From IMG/VR virus record IMGVR_UViG_2724679570_000003: 64,000 bases of DNA; one strand, given 5' to 3'. The stretch is from an uncultured virus (IMG/VR IMGVR_UViG_2724679570_000003). Taxonomy: Duplodnaviria > Heunggongvirae > Uroviricota > Caudoviricetes. Each line of letters starts with the position of its first letter. The stretch's first letter is position 1. The position numbers and the translations under genes were made by a program. A model generated the notes under the pieces. It saw nothing but the letters and a program-made list of their open reading frames with translations, made no database searches and was not told the DNA's origin. Positions 21,060 to 31,193 of this stretch are shown here, piece after piece.

Positions 21060-21200
21060 GAATTTCTCACCACTCCCTTTTGAATATGTAACTACACTCT
21101 GTGTTATAACTTATACTATATACTATGACATATGCCATAAAAACGTGATGAAAATTTTGAATAATATTTTTTATTTTGGAAACAATATAAAAATTGAGAG

Positions 21201-21860
21201 GTGTTTGATATGAAGATTGGAAGGGCGTTTAGAAATACTAAGCGTATTTTTAATATAATTTTATCAATACTAAGCTTTATTATAGGATTTTTTAGCTTTA
21301 TTATATTTGCTATATATAAAGTTGTTAATTATATAAAAAGAACTATATTTTATATGAATAAAACATATAATTATTTAGATATTCAAAAGGAAATTAAAGC
21401 TATGGATGATAGGCAATTTGAGATATTTTGTGCTGAATTATTTAGACAATTAGGATATAAAGCTAAAACAACCCAAAAAACTTGTGATGGGGGTAAAGAT
21501 ATAATCTTAAAAAAGAATGGATTTACAACATATGTTGAATGTAAGAAATGGAATAGTAATTTAGTAGGAAGAGAGCCACTACAAAAATTAGTAGGCAGTT
21601 CTATTGCAGATAATGTTTTAAATATGATCTTCATAACTACAAGTGATTTCAATAAAAATGCTAAAGAATATGTTAAAAAGATGGATAGTCTAAAGCTTTG
21701 GACTACTGTAGATATTATGAAAAATATAGAGAGATTAAATGATAATCAAATATGTATGATATTTAAAAATACAGAAATGAAATATAATAGTGAAAATATA
21801 ATTAATAAATTAGAAAATATAAATGAGAATTTAACAGAGATAAATAAAAGTTTTAGGTAG
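21201..21860 (+). CDS. Mrr-like restriction endonuclease with N-terminal TM anchor
   Basis: FE...AELF..LGY...DGGKD...VECKKW...FITTS.F...A. Confidence 0.85.
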   Translation: MFDMKIGRAFRNTKRIFNIILSILSFIIGFFSFIIFAIYKVVNYIKRTIFYMNKTYNYLDIQKEIKAMDDRQFEIFCAELFRQLGYKAKTTQKTCDGGKDIILKKNGFTTYVECKKWNSNLVGREPLQKLVGSSIADNVLNMIFITTSDFNKNAKEYVKKMDSLKLWTTVDIMKNIERLNDNQICMIFKNTEMKYNSENIINKLENINENLTEINKSFR

Positions 21861-21912
21861 GATTTATATTTAACTATCCTACCTAATATATATTATTAAT
21901 TTAGTTATCTAT

Positions 21913-22980
21913 TTAATCATCCCAAAAACTATCATCAGCAAACATATCATTAAGATCGTCTGCTGACAATCTAGTTTTTTCCTTTGTTCTTATATCTTCT
22001 TTCTTATTTTCGTTATTTTCTGTTCTTATAATTAAATCCTCTTGAACAGTTCTTCTTCTTTTTCTTTTTTTAGTCTCTTTTAATGCTTCACGAACTAATT
22101 CAATAGGTTCTCTAGGTAATTCACAACCACCTAAAAGTATTTTTGTATCATTAGTTGTATTTGTATTAAACTTATGAAAATCATAATATTCAAATTCTTC
22201 TTCTATTGATTGGAAGTCAAAATCTTGTATATTTATATCACCAATAATTTTATCACATTCAAAATTATCTGGCATATAAAATACACTTTCTTTAATGGAT
22301 TTATCTATAGCACTTTCCAAATCTTTTGAATTGTTATCTAATTTCAAGAATACTTTATATCCTCTTGTACAATGTACTTTAGCTGAGTCAGTTGTATCTA
22401 TCTTACCATTTGGTATATCATAACTTTCATTTAATTCTTTCATAGCTCTTATATTAATTTCTTCTTCACTACCTTTATTGTTATCAATATATCTTATAGA
22501 ATCAATATAACCTTTTTCCTTCAGATTAATCATTTCATTCCAAAATTTTGTAGCATTCTCAAAATCAATACTTGTTTCTGTTAAAGATGGAAAAGTTGCT
22601 ATTATGTTTATAGATTTTTCTGGACAAGCTTTTTTTATTAATTTTGAATACATAATTGTTGCCATTGCACCTGTCCCACCATTTGCACCAGTTAAGAATG
22701 TAACATACTTATGAGTTGTAAATTTTTTTATCATAACCATAAATTTTGGAGCTTCTTCTTTACAAAACGCTTCCATTTTATCCATGTCTTTACCACAACC
22801 ATCAGCGTTAGGAATATAGAAACAACGTCTTTCGCTATCGAAGTGTTCTAAATTTTCCATTTCACTCATATTAGAATTTAAAAATATAGTAGTATAACGC
22901 CTATCTAAATTCATTAAAGTATTTGCAAGTCTATTCCCTGCTCCTCCACAGCCTATAATTAGATTTTTCTCCTTTTCCAT
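21913..22980 (-). CDS. tubZ: tubulin/FtsZ-family partition GTPase TubZ
   Basis: IGCGGAGNR, DGCGKD and GANGGTG tubulin motifs; downstream of a small wHTH gene. Confidence 0.9.
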   Translation of the reverse strand: MEKEKNLIIGCGGAGNRLANTLMNLDRRYTTIFLNSNMSEMENLEHFDSERRCFYIPNADGCGKDMDKMEAFCKEEAPKFMVMIKKFTTHKYVTFLTGANGGTGAMATIMYSKLIKKACPEKSINIIATFPSLTETSIDFENATKFWNEMINLKEKGYIDSIRYIDNNKGSEEEINIRAMKELNESYDIPNGKIDTTDSAKVHCTRGYKVFLKLDNNSKDLESAIDKSIKESVFYMPDNFECDKIIGDINIQDFDFQSIEEEFEYYDFHKFNTNTTNDTKILLGGCELPREPIELVREALKETKKRKRRRTVQEDLIIRTENNENKKEDIRTKEKTRLSADDLNDMFADDSFWDD

Positions 22981-22983
22981 GTA

Positions 22984-23271
22984 TTATACCTCCCCAAAAA
23001 TATTTTCTCTTAAACTATTTAATTCCTCAAAACCTTTTTCTGTAAGTAAAAAAGTATCTGCTTTTACAATTTTTAATCCTTTACTTACAAATTCTAATGA
23101 TTCAAATCTTTTTAATGTTTGTCTAACTTTTTTATCTGATAAACGAGTTTTTTCTACAATTTCTTTAATCGTAGTCCCATTGCCTTTACATAAACCTTTT
23201 TTATTGTCATTTCTATCAATTATAGCTTTTAATATCCTATAATCATTTTCTGTAAATATGACAGAATTCAT
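22984..23271 (-). CDS. tubR: centromere-binding wHTH protein TubR
   Basis: 95-aa wHTH immediately upstream of tubZ, as in phage c-st. Confidence 0.8.
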   Translation of the reverse strand: MNSVIFTENDYRILKAIIDRNDNKKGLCKGNGTTIKEIVEKTRLSDKKVRQTLKRFESLEFVSKGLKIVKADTFLLTEKGFEELNSLRENIFGEV

Positions 23272-23289
23272 ATTTATAACTCACCTCTA

Positions 23290-23872
23290 ATCAATTAAGT
23301 AATAAAATAGAACAAAGTTTTAACTAAAACTGATTAATGTAGAAAGCTTTTATACTTAAATTATAACTTATTTGGAAATAACTTAGAACTTATTTAACCT
23401 TACCAATATAATACTATATTATAGTGTTAAATGCAATAGTGTTATAAAATAGCATTTATCATTTATCTAGTATAAAAATGGTAGTAACTTAGAACTTATA
23501 TAGAATATAAATGGTATTAAAAAATACTTAAAATAGAATTAAAATATAAGAATAATTAACATTTATTATAGTTAAATTAGAAGTGAATTAGAAAAATATT
23601 GGCATAATAAATGTAATTAAATAGCATTTATATAGTATTAAATTCTAGGTGAAATAATTTATACTATTTCTTTTTCATCAAAAATAGCAAGAAATAGTAT
23701 AAATCTATAAATTTGAAGTAAAGCAAAGTAGAAGTTATTAAAAATATAAGTAAAGTAAATTAAAAGTTATTAAAAGAAAAAGCAAAGTTTAGTTAAAGTT
23801 ATGATTGTATAAATTTAAAGAAACCTATATCTTTTAATTTATATATGTTATACTTTAACTAAACTTTGCTTT
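23290..23872. repeat. putative tubC centromere region
   Basis: Non-coding; repeats TAACTTAGAACTTAT (~23379, ~23485), AATAGCATTTAT (~23448, ~23620), AAGTTATTAAAA and AAAGCAAAGT (direct and inverted). Confidence 0.55.
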
Positions 23873-23877
23873 AAGGA

Positions 23878-24612
23878 GTGATTAATATGAAAAGCTTTAA
23901 TAAAGATAAAGTAATTGACGCTGAATTCTTTGATATAGATGATGAAATAGAAAATAAAGATTCAAAAACAAAAGTTATTAGAGGTGAACCTTTGTTTCAT
24001 ACAACTTCTCAGGTTGCAGAAATGGTAGGTGTTCCAAAGTCAACAATAACATATTGGAGTAGGGTGTTTAGAGATTTATTAGACGTAGAGAACAAGCGAT
24101 ATAGAAAAATAGACATAGAAAAATTAAAATTTATAAAAAAATTAACTAAAGAAGATGGGTTGACATTGAAACAGGTTTCAGAATATTGTAGTACAAAAGG
24201 TTTTGATATAAATGAAATAGAACAGAGTGTAGTAGATTCTAGTAATCCATTAGCTATTCAAACTATAATGTCAGCTTTATCAGTAGAAATAGATAAGAAA
24301 TTAAATTCTTTTTCAGATGAATTATTAAATAAAATTGATGAAAAACAAAAGAGTGGGATTCTAATTCAACAAGAAATGAATGATAAACTTCATGAAACTA
24401 TAGCATTAACAGTAGATGAGATAGTATCTGAGAAGCTAGACAAATCTGTATCTGAATTTAAATGTTATGTAGATGAAAAAGAGAGACAAGCTACTAAAAA
24501 GGATACAGAAATGCTTGATATGCTAAAAAATAACATGGAAGAAAGAAAGAAGCAACAAGAAGAACTAGAAGCAGAAAAGAAAAAATCATTTTGGGGAAGG
24601 TTATTCGGATAA
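23878..24612 (+). CDS. tubY: TubY: MerR-like HTH, coiled coil, C-terminal amphipathic helix
   Basis: HTH TTSQVAEMVGVPKSTITYW; C-terminal KKSFWGRLFG; divergent from tubRZ. Confidence 0.8.
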   Translation: MINMKSFNKDKVIDAEFFDIDDEIENKDSKTKVIRGEPLFHTTSQVAEMVGVPKSTITYWSRVFRDLLDVENKRYRKIDIEKLKFIKKLTKEDGLTLKQVSEYCSTKGFDINEIEQSVVDSSNPLAIQTIMSALSVEIDKKLNSFSDELLNKIDEKQKSGILIQQEMNDKLHETIALTVDEIVSEKLDKSVSEFKCYVDEKERQATKKDTEMLDMLKNNMEERKKQQEELEAEKKKSFWGRLFG

Positions 24613-24781
24613 TCTTCCTTATAACTTAAATTATAAATTTAGAACTATACTAGAGGGAATATGAGAGAAAATAAAAAGAAATAGGTATAATAAGACTAGT
24701 AAAAGATAATATGCTTTAAAATAGCTTAGAATGAGTTTTAAGAATATATGTAAAATAATTTTAAAATAAAAAAAATAATAG

Positions 24782-24810
24782 TTGACTAATATAAAACAAT
24801 TTGGTAATAT
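24782..24810 (+). promoter_or_regulatory. sigmaA promoter with the repeated motif in its spacer
   Basis: TTGACT-aatataaaacaatttgg-TAATAT. Confidence 0.7.
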
Positions 24811-24914
24811 TGAAATAAAGCAAACGAAAAATAAAACAAAAGAGAAGAATTGCAAAAGTATAAGAAACATAAACTGAGGTACGAAGGTTTTGTTTCTTAT
24901 AAGTCTATCTTATT

Positions 24915-25080
24915 AACCTATTAGTATATATTGTTATATTAGTATATATTGTTTCACTCTCTTTCGCAATCCACAGGGATTAACGCAGACTCTAACTCGT
25001 TAACTCTGGTGGATTAACAAAAGGAAGTGAAAGTAGGTTCTGTTAATCTGTGTGGAACAACAAAGATTAGAGTGAAAAAG
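24915..25080. other. putative plasmid-prophage replication origin
   Basis: TATTAGTATATATTGTT x2, GGATTAAC x2, inverted TTTCACTCT/AGAGTGAAA; upstream of putative rep, near the switch in coding strand. Confidence 0.45.
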
Positions 25081-25100
25081 GAGGAAGGTATAGATAATAT

Positions 25101-25946
25101 ATGAATAAAGATTTTTTTGTACAAGTATCTAATAATATGTTAATAGAAAATAAAGATTTAAAAGAAAATTGTCTTTTATCAAATGAAGCTTTGCTTATAT
25201 ACATATTAATTATTCAAACTATGACATTAAGAAATTATTGCACTTTTTCTATTTATCATTTATTAGATTGCATGTGTATCAATCATAAGCAAACCGTTAC
25301 AATAGAAAAAATAAAAAATTGTTTATTAGAACTAAATCAAATGAATGTTTTTACTTATTATGAAGATGTTTATTTTAACAAACAAATAAAAGATATAAGT
25401 AAAATAAAGAGGGGAGATAAATATTTTGTAGAAGTTAATTATGTATTTGATGATAATTTTTTTATAGTATATGATGATGAAATAAAAAAATTATTAGATT
25501 ATTGCAAAGGTAAAAAGAACATAGATAAATTCAAATTAGCAGGCTATTTTTGTTATTTAGTTATGAGAATGAATAAGGAAAATAAGATTTGTTATCCTTC
25601 GTTTGATAAAATTGAATATGATGTCGGAATAGGGATCAAAGCAATAATGTCTTATAATAATATTTTAAAACAATTACAATTGATAGATTATATAAATGGA
25701 GGATATAGAATTGTGAGGGGTAAAGTAAAGCAGGATGTTAATTATTACTGTAGATATGAAGATAGAGATTGTTTAAAGGAATATGCAAAAAGATTTAAAG
25801 AAGATAACAACTTAAAAGGGCAAACAACTTTAGAAAAGAAAAAAAGCAATAAAAAAAGAAGTTTAAAACAGAAAATCAATTACTTAGAGAAAGTTGGTGA
25901 TGATAATGGAGTAATGCAAGTAAAAGAAATATATGATAGCTTATAG
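25101..25946 (+). CDS. putative replication initiator (wHTH)
   Basis: CYPS...I....GI...I..Y..IL....LI HTH pattern; adjacent to partition locus. Confidence 0.55.
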   Translation: MNKDFFVQVSNNMLIENKDLKENCLLSNEALLIYILIIQTMTLRNYCTFSIYHLLDCMCINHKQTVTIEKIKNCLLELNQMNVFTYYEDVYFNKQIKDISKIKRGDKYFVEVNYVFDDNFFIVYDDEIKKLLDYCKGKKNIDKFKLAGYFCYLVMRMNKENKICYPSFDKIEYDVGIGIKAIMSYNNILKQLQLIDYINGGYRIVRGKVKQDVNYYCRYEDRDCLKEYAKRFKEDNNLKGQTTLEKKKSNKKRSLKQKINYLEKVGDDNGVMQVKEIYDSL

Positions 25947-26017
25947 TAAATTTAAAACAATTTAAATATATAAAAGTATAATTTTATTATAAAATAGAAA
26001 ATTTTTCATAATAAGAC

Positions 26018-26046
26018 TTGACTAATATAAAACAATTTGATAATAT
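26018..26046 (+). promoter_or_regulatory. sigmaA promoter with the repeated motif in its spacer
   Basis: TTGACT-aatataaaacaatttga-TAATAT. Confidence 0.7.
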
Positions 26047-26217
26047 AGATACATAGCAAACAATAAATATAATTTAAACTTATTGAGAGTGATTTTAAGA
26101 GGTTCAATCTTCAAATGTATAATTACATCTTAATTAAATTTAAATGTAATAGAGCCACTCTCAAGGACATATAAGCATAATATAAAATAATTTAATAAAG
26201 AAAGGAAATGATAAAGT

Positions 26218-27447
26218 ATGCAAATGATGGAAACATTAAAATTAAAACCACATCCAAGAAATAAAGAATTTTTTGATGATATGGAAGGAGAAAGATGGAA
26301 GGATTTTGTAGAATCTATTAACAGGAGAGGGATAGTTGAAGGAATAGTTGTAACAGAAGATCCCATAACACATGAATTAATAATTGTTAGTGGTCATCAA
26401 CGCCAAAGAGCAGGAATTGAATTAGGAATAGATAAAGTGCCTTGTAGAATAGTACATTATCCTGATTACAATGAAAGATTACATATTTCAAGAGAAGATA
26501 TGATACTAGAAGATTTAATATGTACAAACATAATGCAAAGAGGCGTAGGCAATGTAAATCCTATGAAAATGGCTAAATGTATTAGAGAGCTAGAAAGAAT
26601 TTATGGAATTAAAAATGGGGGTAGTAATTTTACTGGAAATCAATTCGTAAAAAGAGAGGAGCTTGGAAATAATTTCGTAGCTCCAAATAAAACTCAAGAA
26701 GATTTAGCAAAACAAATGGGAATAGACCAAAGACAATTACAAAACTATAAAAAACTTAATGAACTTATACCAGAATTACAATCTTTAGTTGAAACAGGTG
26801 CTTTAAAATCGACAACCGCATATAAAATATGGGCTAGATTATCAAAAGAAGAACAAGAAGAGTTTTTTAATGAAATAGGAATAGATAAAGTTAAAGAAAT
26901 GACACAAAAACAAACTCAAAGCGAACTAAATAAAATAATTTGTGAAAAAGAACAATTAGAAAAATCATTTAATGAATTAAGTGAGAAATATAATAAAGAA
27001 AAAAATAAAGAACCTAAAGTCGTTGAAGTAGATAAAACTGATTACACACAAATAGAAAAATTAAAAAAGGAACTTGAATCTAGTAAAACTGAAAAAAATA
27101 GAATAGAGAATAGATTAAATTTAATGACTGAAAAAGCAGAGCTATATGAAAAAGATTCACTAGAATATGAAAAAATGAAAAATGAAATTGAGTTTTTAAC
27201 TAATAAAAAAGATGATTTAAGTAGACAAATTGAATCTATAACAAGCATATCAGGATTAGTAGTTGATATAGACCATTTAATAAAAGAAAAATTAGCACCT
27301 GTTAAATATTCAAGGGCATTATTAGAGGCTAAAGATGATGATATTGTAATAAATAATCTTAGTAACATTGTTCAAGTTGTTAGACAATGGTGTGATGAAA
27401 TGAATACATATTTACCAAATAAAAATGATTATGTGGAGGTTTTATAA
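26218..27447 (+). CDS. ParB/Srx N-terminal domain protein with HTH and coiled coil
   Basis: LKPHPRN...IVSGHQRQRA ParB motif; TQEDLAKQMG HTH. Confidence 0.85.
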   Translation: MQMMETLKLKPHPRNKEFFDDMEGERWKDFVESINRRGIVEGIVVTEDPITHELIIVSGHQRQRAGIELGIDKVPCRIVHYPDYNERLHISREDMILEDLICTNIMQRGVGNVNPMKMAKCIRELERIYGIKNGGSNFTGNQFVKREELGNNFVAPNKTQEDLAKQMGIDQRQLQNYKKLNELIPELQSLVETGALKSTTAYKIWARLSKEEQEEFFNEIGIDKVKEMTQKQTQSELNKIICEKEQLEKSFNELSEKYNKEKNKEPKVVEVDKTDYTQIEKLKKELESSKTEKNRIENRLNLMTEKAELYEKDSLEYEKMKNEIEFLTNKKDDLSRQIESITSISGLVVDIDHLIKEKLAPVKYSRALLEAKDDDIVINNLSNIVQVVRQWCDEMNTYLPNKNDYVEVL

Positions 27448-27450
27448 TAT

Positions 27451-28092
27451 ATGGAGAACAGAATAATAAATTTAGATTATGAAAGTATGTCAAATGAAGA
27501 ATTAGCACAAATTCAAGAAAAAATAAAAGAGACAAGATTAAAGAAGATTGAAAAGAAAACATCTGGATTAGAAGATCGTTTTAAAAAACTAAAAAATGCT
27601 TTTGATTTATTAAAAGATGATAATAATAAAATCAAAGAAAAAAATCAACAATTAGAAGATAATTTAAAAAGCATCCAAAAGGAAACCAATCAAATAACTA
27701 AAACTTTATTTACACATGGGAAAGAAAAAAGAGAATTAGAGAATCATTTACATGAAATCATTTACAAAGAATTAGAAAAGAATAGTACAAGAGATGAATT
27801 ATTTCATGGTGACTTAACAAGAATTTGTAAATATGAACTTTGTAAATCATTAGGAGTTAGTTCTTTTGCATGGATAGAAGTAAAGGATGTAGATATAGCG
27901 AAAAGATTAGCATATAAAATATTAAATAAAGAATTTATGCATAGATTAATGAGAAATAAGACAAAGGATTTGCAATTAAAAATGGACAAACTACAAACAA
28001 CTAATAAAAAACCAACAGAAAGAGAATATAGAAAATTTGAACTATTAGAAGAATTGTTAGAGGAAGTAGAAGGTAATGAGAATAGAATTTAA
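27451..28092 (+). CDS. coiled-coil protein coupled to the ParB-like gene
   Basis: 213 aa; GGAGG RBS. Confidence 0.7.
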   Translation: MENRIINLDYESMSNEELAQIQEKIKETRLKKIEKKTSGLEDRFKKLKNAFDLLKDDNNKIKEKNQQLEDNLKSIQKETNQITKTLFTHGKEKRELENHLHEIIYKELEKNSTRDELFHGDLTRICKYELCKSLGVSSFAWIEVKDVDIAKRLAYKILNKEFMHRLMRNKTKDLQLKMDKLQTTNKKPTEREYRKFELLEELLEEVEGNENRI

Positions 28093-28241
28093 AACAATTT
28101 AATAAAATACATATGGTAAAGTTAACTAGAGAGTTTCTAAGGTAGGTATAATTCAAAAGGTGTAATTCTATACAAACATAATAATATTGCCTTAGAATGG
28201 CTCTCAGTAGTAAATAATGATATATAAGGAGGAAAGACTTA

Positions 28242-30041
28242 ATGAAAACAAAACCTAATAAACAACAACAAACAGCTATAGATTTTAATGATGGGGCTTG
28301 TGCTGTAAATGCTAGTGCTGGTTCAGGAAAAACATTTATATTAACTGAAAGGATAAAAAGATTAGTTAAAGAGAAAAATATTTCACCAAATAGCATATTA
28401 GCTATTACTTTTACTCATAATGCAAGTGAAAACTTAAAGAAAAGATTGAAAAAACAAGGCATAGAAGGTGTGAATGTTGGTACATTTCATTCAATTTGTG
28501 CTAGGATTTTGGCACAAGAAGGATATGATCTAAGTAAAAAGCCCATGAAGTGGCAGTTAGAAATGGCATTTAAGGACGGATACAATGATAAAGTAGATGT
28601 TGATAATATATTACAATTCATATTGTATCAAAAATGCTTTAATATTACATATAACGATGAATTTGAAGTAGATGAAAAGTTTGATATGGTATATACAGAA
28701 GAAGAATATCGTGCATATTGGCAAAAATACGAAAAAACAAAAGAAAAATATGGTCAATATGACTATGGTGATTGGTTGCAGATAACTTTAGATATATTGA
28801 AAAGTAATAAAAATCATATTTATCATTGGGATTATATAGTTGTAGATGAGAAACAAGATAACTGTTCAATACAAGATATGCTTACTCATGAATGGTCTAA
28901 AGATGGTAATGTAATGGTAGTAGGTGATTATAGACAAAGTATTTACGGATTTAATGGAGCAGTTCCAGAATTATTTATGGATTTTGAAAATCAATGGGAA
29001 AATCCAACGATTATTAATTTAGATTATAACTATCGTTCATGTAAAAATATCGTTAAAAACTCTAATAACTTCATAAAACAATACTATGGTAATTATAAAT
29101 ATTATTCAGATTCAATTCCAATTAGGGAAGAAAATGGTGTAATAAAACATATAGATAATATTAGTAAAGCAGAAGAAAGTGTAAAAATAGGAGGTATGAT
29201 AGAGAATTTAATTAAACAAGGTGAAAAACCTAAAGATATAGCCGTATTGTATAGATTAAATTCACAGGCTGATTATTTAGAAGGAGTATTAAAAGAAAAA
29301 GATATACCATATTACATATTAAACAATAGTTCGTTTTTCAAAAGAAAAGAAATAGATGCTGTTTTATCATATTTGCGATTAATTCATAACCCACATGATA
29401 ATAATGCATTTGATAATATATTTAAATTTAGGAACTATCCTTTGTCTTATATAAGTAATAATGTGTATGATGAAATAAAACAGTTTGCAGGAGAAAAAAA
29501 CTTGAGTTTTTACGAAGCTTTTGAATTGTTTAAATTTAAGAAAGCATGGCAAGAGAAAAACATATTAACTTTTAGAAATAAAATAGAAAATTTACGATTA
29601 CAAGTAGATAAGGGATTAGATTTGTATAAATTAATTAAAAATATAATATTAACTTTTAGAATAGAGGAATACATAGAAGATAAATATAAGAGTCAAGAAG
29701 AAATTGATGATAGAAAACAATCATTAGAAACATTAATGTCCTTTATAAAAAATAATAACACTATAGAGAGTTTTTTAAACTTTGTATACAATACAACAGA
29801 TAAAAGAAAAAAGACTAAAGATAAGGATTGTGTACAATTAATGACTTTACATAGCTCCAAAGGATTAGAGTGGAAACATGTATTTATAATTTCTATAGAG
29901 GATGGAAAATTTCCACATACAAAATCAGATTTAATGGAGGAAGTTAGGTTATTCTATGTTGGAATCACAAGACCAACTGATAATTTATATTTAAGTGAAA
30001 TAGGAGAAGGGAATACTTTTATTGAACAATACAAACAGTAA
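28242..30041 (+). CDS. UvrD/PcrA superfamily 1 helicase
   Basis: ASAGSGKT, VVDEKQD, VGDYRQSIYGF, NYRS, TLHSSKGLEW, RLFYVGITR. Confidence 0.95.
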   Translation: MKTKPNKQQQTAIDFNDGACAVNASAGSGKTFILTERIKRLVKEKNISPNSILAITFTHNASENLKKRLKKQGIEGVNVGTFHSICARILAQEGYDLSKKPMKWQLEMAFKDGYNDKVDVDNILQFILYQKCFNITYNDEFEVDEKFDMVYTEEEYRAYWQKYEKTKEKYGQYDYGDWLQITLDILKSNKNHIYHWDYIVVDEKQDNCSIQDMLTHEWSKDGNVMVVGDYRQSIYGFNGAVPELFMDFENQWENPTIINLDYNYRSCKNIVKNSNNFIKQYYGNYKYYSDSIPIREENGVIKHIDNISKAEESVKIGGMIENLIKQGEKPKDIAVLYRLNSQADYLEGVLKEKDIPYYILNNSSFFKRKEIDAVLSYLRLIHNPHDNNAFDNIFKFRNYPLSYISNNVYDEIKQFAGEKNLSFYEAFELFKFKKAWQEKNILTFRNKIENLRLQVDKGLDLYKLIKNIILTFRIEEYIEDKYKSQEEIDDRKQSLETLMSFIKNNNTIESFLNFVYNTTDKRKKTKDKDCVQLMTLHSSKGLEWKHVFIISIEDGKFPHTKSDLMEEVRLFYVGITRPTDNLYLSEIGEGNTFIEQYKQ

Positions 30042-30100
30042 TATAAAACAATTTGACAAAATATAAATTATATGTTATAATATAAGAAAAGAGGAAAACA

Positions 30101-30259
30101 ATGTTAACAATAGGTGGTTTTAATTATATAAAACAAAATATATCTAAAAGTATCAAATTAGAAAAGGAGATTCTTAAACATTCAGGTAAATGTATTTCTT
30201 ATAAAGTAAGTTCAGAAGAAATAGAGAAATATTTAAGCAAATACAATAATATAAAATAA
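30101..30259 (+). CDS. small hypothetical protein (52 aa)
   Basis: Own translation; promoter TTGACA...TATAAT and GAGG RBS upstream. Confidence 0.45.
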   Translation: MLTIGGFNYIKQNISKSIKLEKEILKHSGKCISYKVSSEEIEKYLSKYNNIK

Positions 30260-30298
30260 TTTAATAAAATATATTGGAATTGAAAGGGGATAAATTAT

Positions 30299-30652
30299 AT
30301 GAAAAGATTACTAAAAGTTAAAGGACAAGTAATAGGGGAGTTTAAAGGAGATTCTAAACTATGTAATTACAGATTATTAGAATCTAAGAAAGAAGATTTA
30401 AAAAATCATTACATAACAGATATAATTAACAAAAATTTATTTGAAAATGTACATATAAGATTGTTAGATGGCAGAAAAGAAATATTTAATAGTAAAGGTC
30501 TATTGGAATATAAAGACGATTTAGGTGGCTCTCTGTGGCGTGTATTTGTAGGTGATAAGTGTTTAGATGATGTATTGTGGACATACTCAGATACAATAGA
30601 TGAAATTCAAATAGTTATAGATTTAATTGAAGAAGGAGGGGCAGCAAGATAA
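30299..30652 (+). CDS. hypothetical protein
   Basis: RBS; operon context. Confidence 0.65.
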   Translation: MKRLLKVKGQVIGEFKGDSKLCNYRLLESKKEDLKNHYITDIINKNLFENVHIRLLDGRKEIFNSKGLLEYKDDLGGSLWRVFVGDKCLDDVLWTYSDTIDEIQIVIDLIEEGGAAR

Positions 30653-30882
30653 TGTGTATGTGTGATGATATAAAAGAAGTTGTAGCTGAATATAAGAATA
30701 TTTATGATTACAAGGGTAATAAACAAGCTTGGGAAGAATATGAAAAAAAATTACATAAGATCGAAGAACAAAGAAAGTTATATGATAATGAATATGATTC
30801 TGAAATTGATATAGTAGATTTTGAAAGCGAAGAAGAATATTGGAATAATGAAATAAAAGAATGGGAGAATATACTAGATTAA
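30652..30882 (+). CDS. acidic hypothetical protein
   Basis: Coupled start/stop. Confidence 0.6.
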   Translation: MCMCDDIKEVVAEYKNIYDYKGNKQAWEEYEKKLHKIEEQRKLYDNEYDSEIDIVDFESEEEYWNNEIKEWENILD

Positions 30883-30926
30883 TTATTATGTACATAATTT
30901 GAATTTATTATGAAGGAGAGAAAATA

Positions 30927-31154
30927 ATGAATTGGGATAATATTAAAAATAAATTGATACATGAAAAAGAATATTTGGTGTGCTTGGACATAAAAAATGA
31001 AACTTATAGTCTTCAAAATTATTTCAAATATTCTGATGGTGATACTATTTTTGAAAAAGAGGGGTTTTATTATTTTGATGTAAATGAAGAAGTTTTTAAA
31101 TATAGTCGTAGACAACCCAAGTTTTGGATGGCTATAACAAATCCGACAATATAG
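30927..31154 (+). CDS. hypothetical protein
   Basis: AAGGAG RBS. Confidence 0.6.
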   Translation: MNWDNIKNKLIHEKEYLVCLDIKNETYSLQNYFKYSDGDTIFEKEGFYYFDVNEEVFKYSRRQPKFWMAITNPTI

Positions 31155-31193
31155 TAATTTTACTACACAATACAAATATTTGATAAAGGGGGA

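Noticed and set aside
21201..21860. Complete restriction-modification system
   Set aside because: No methyltransferase nearby; Mrr-type domains usually stand alone.
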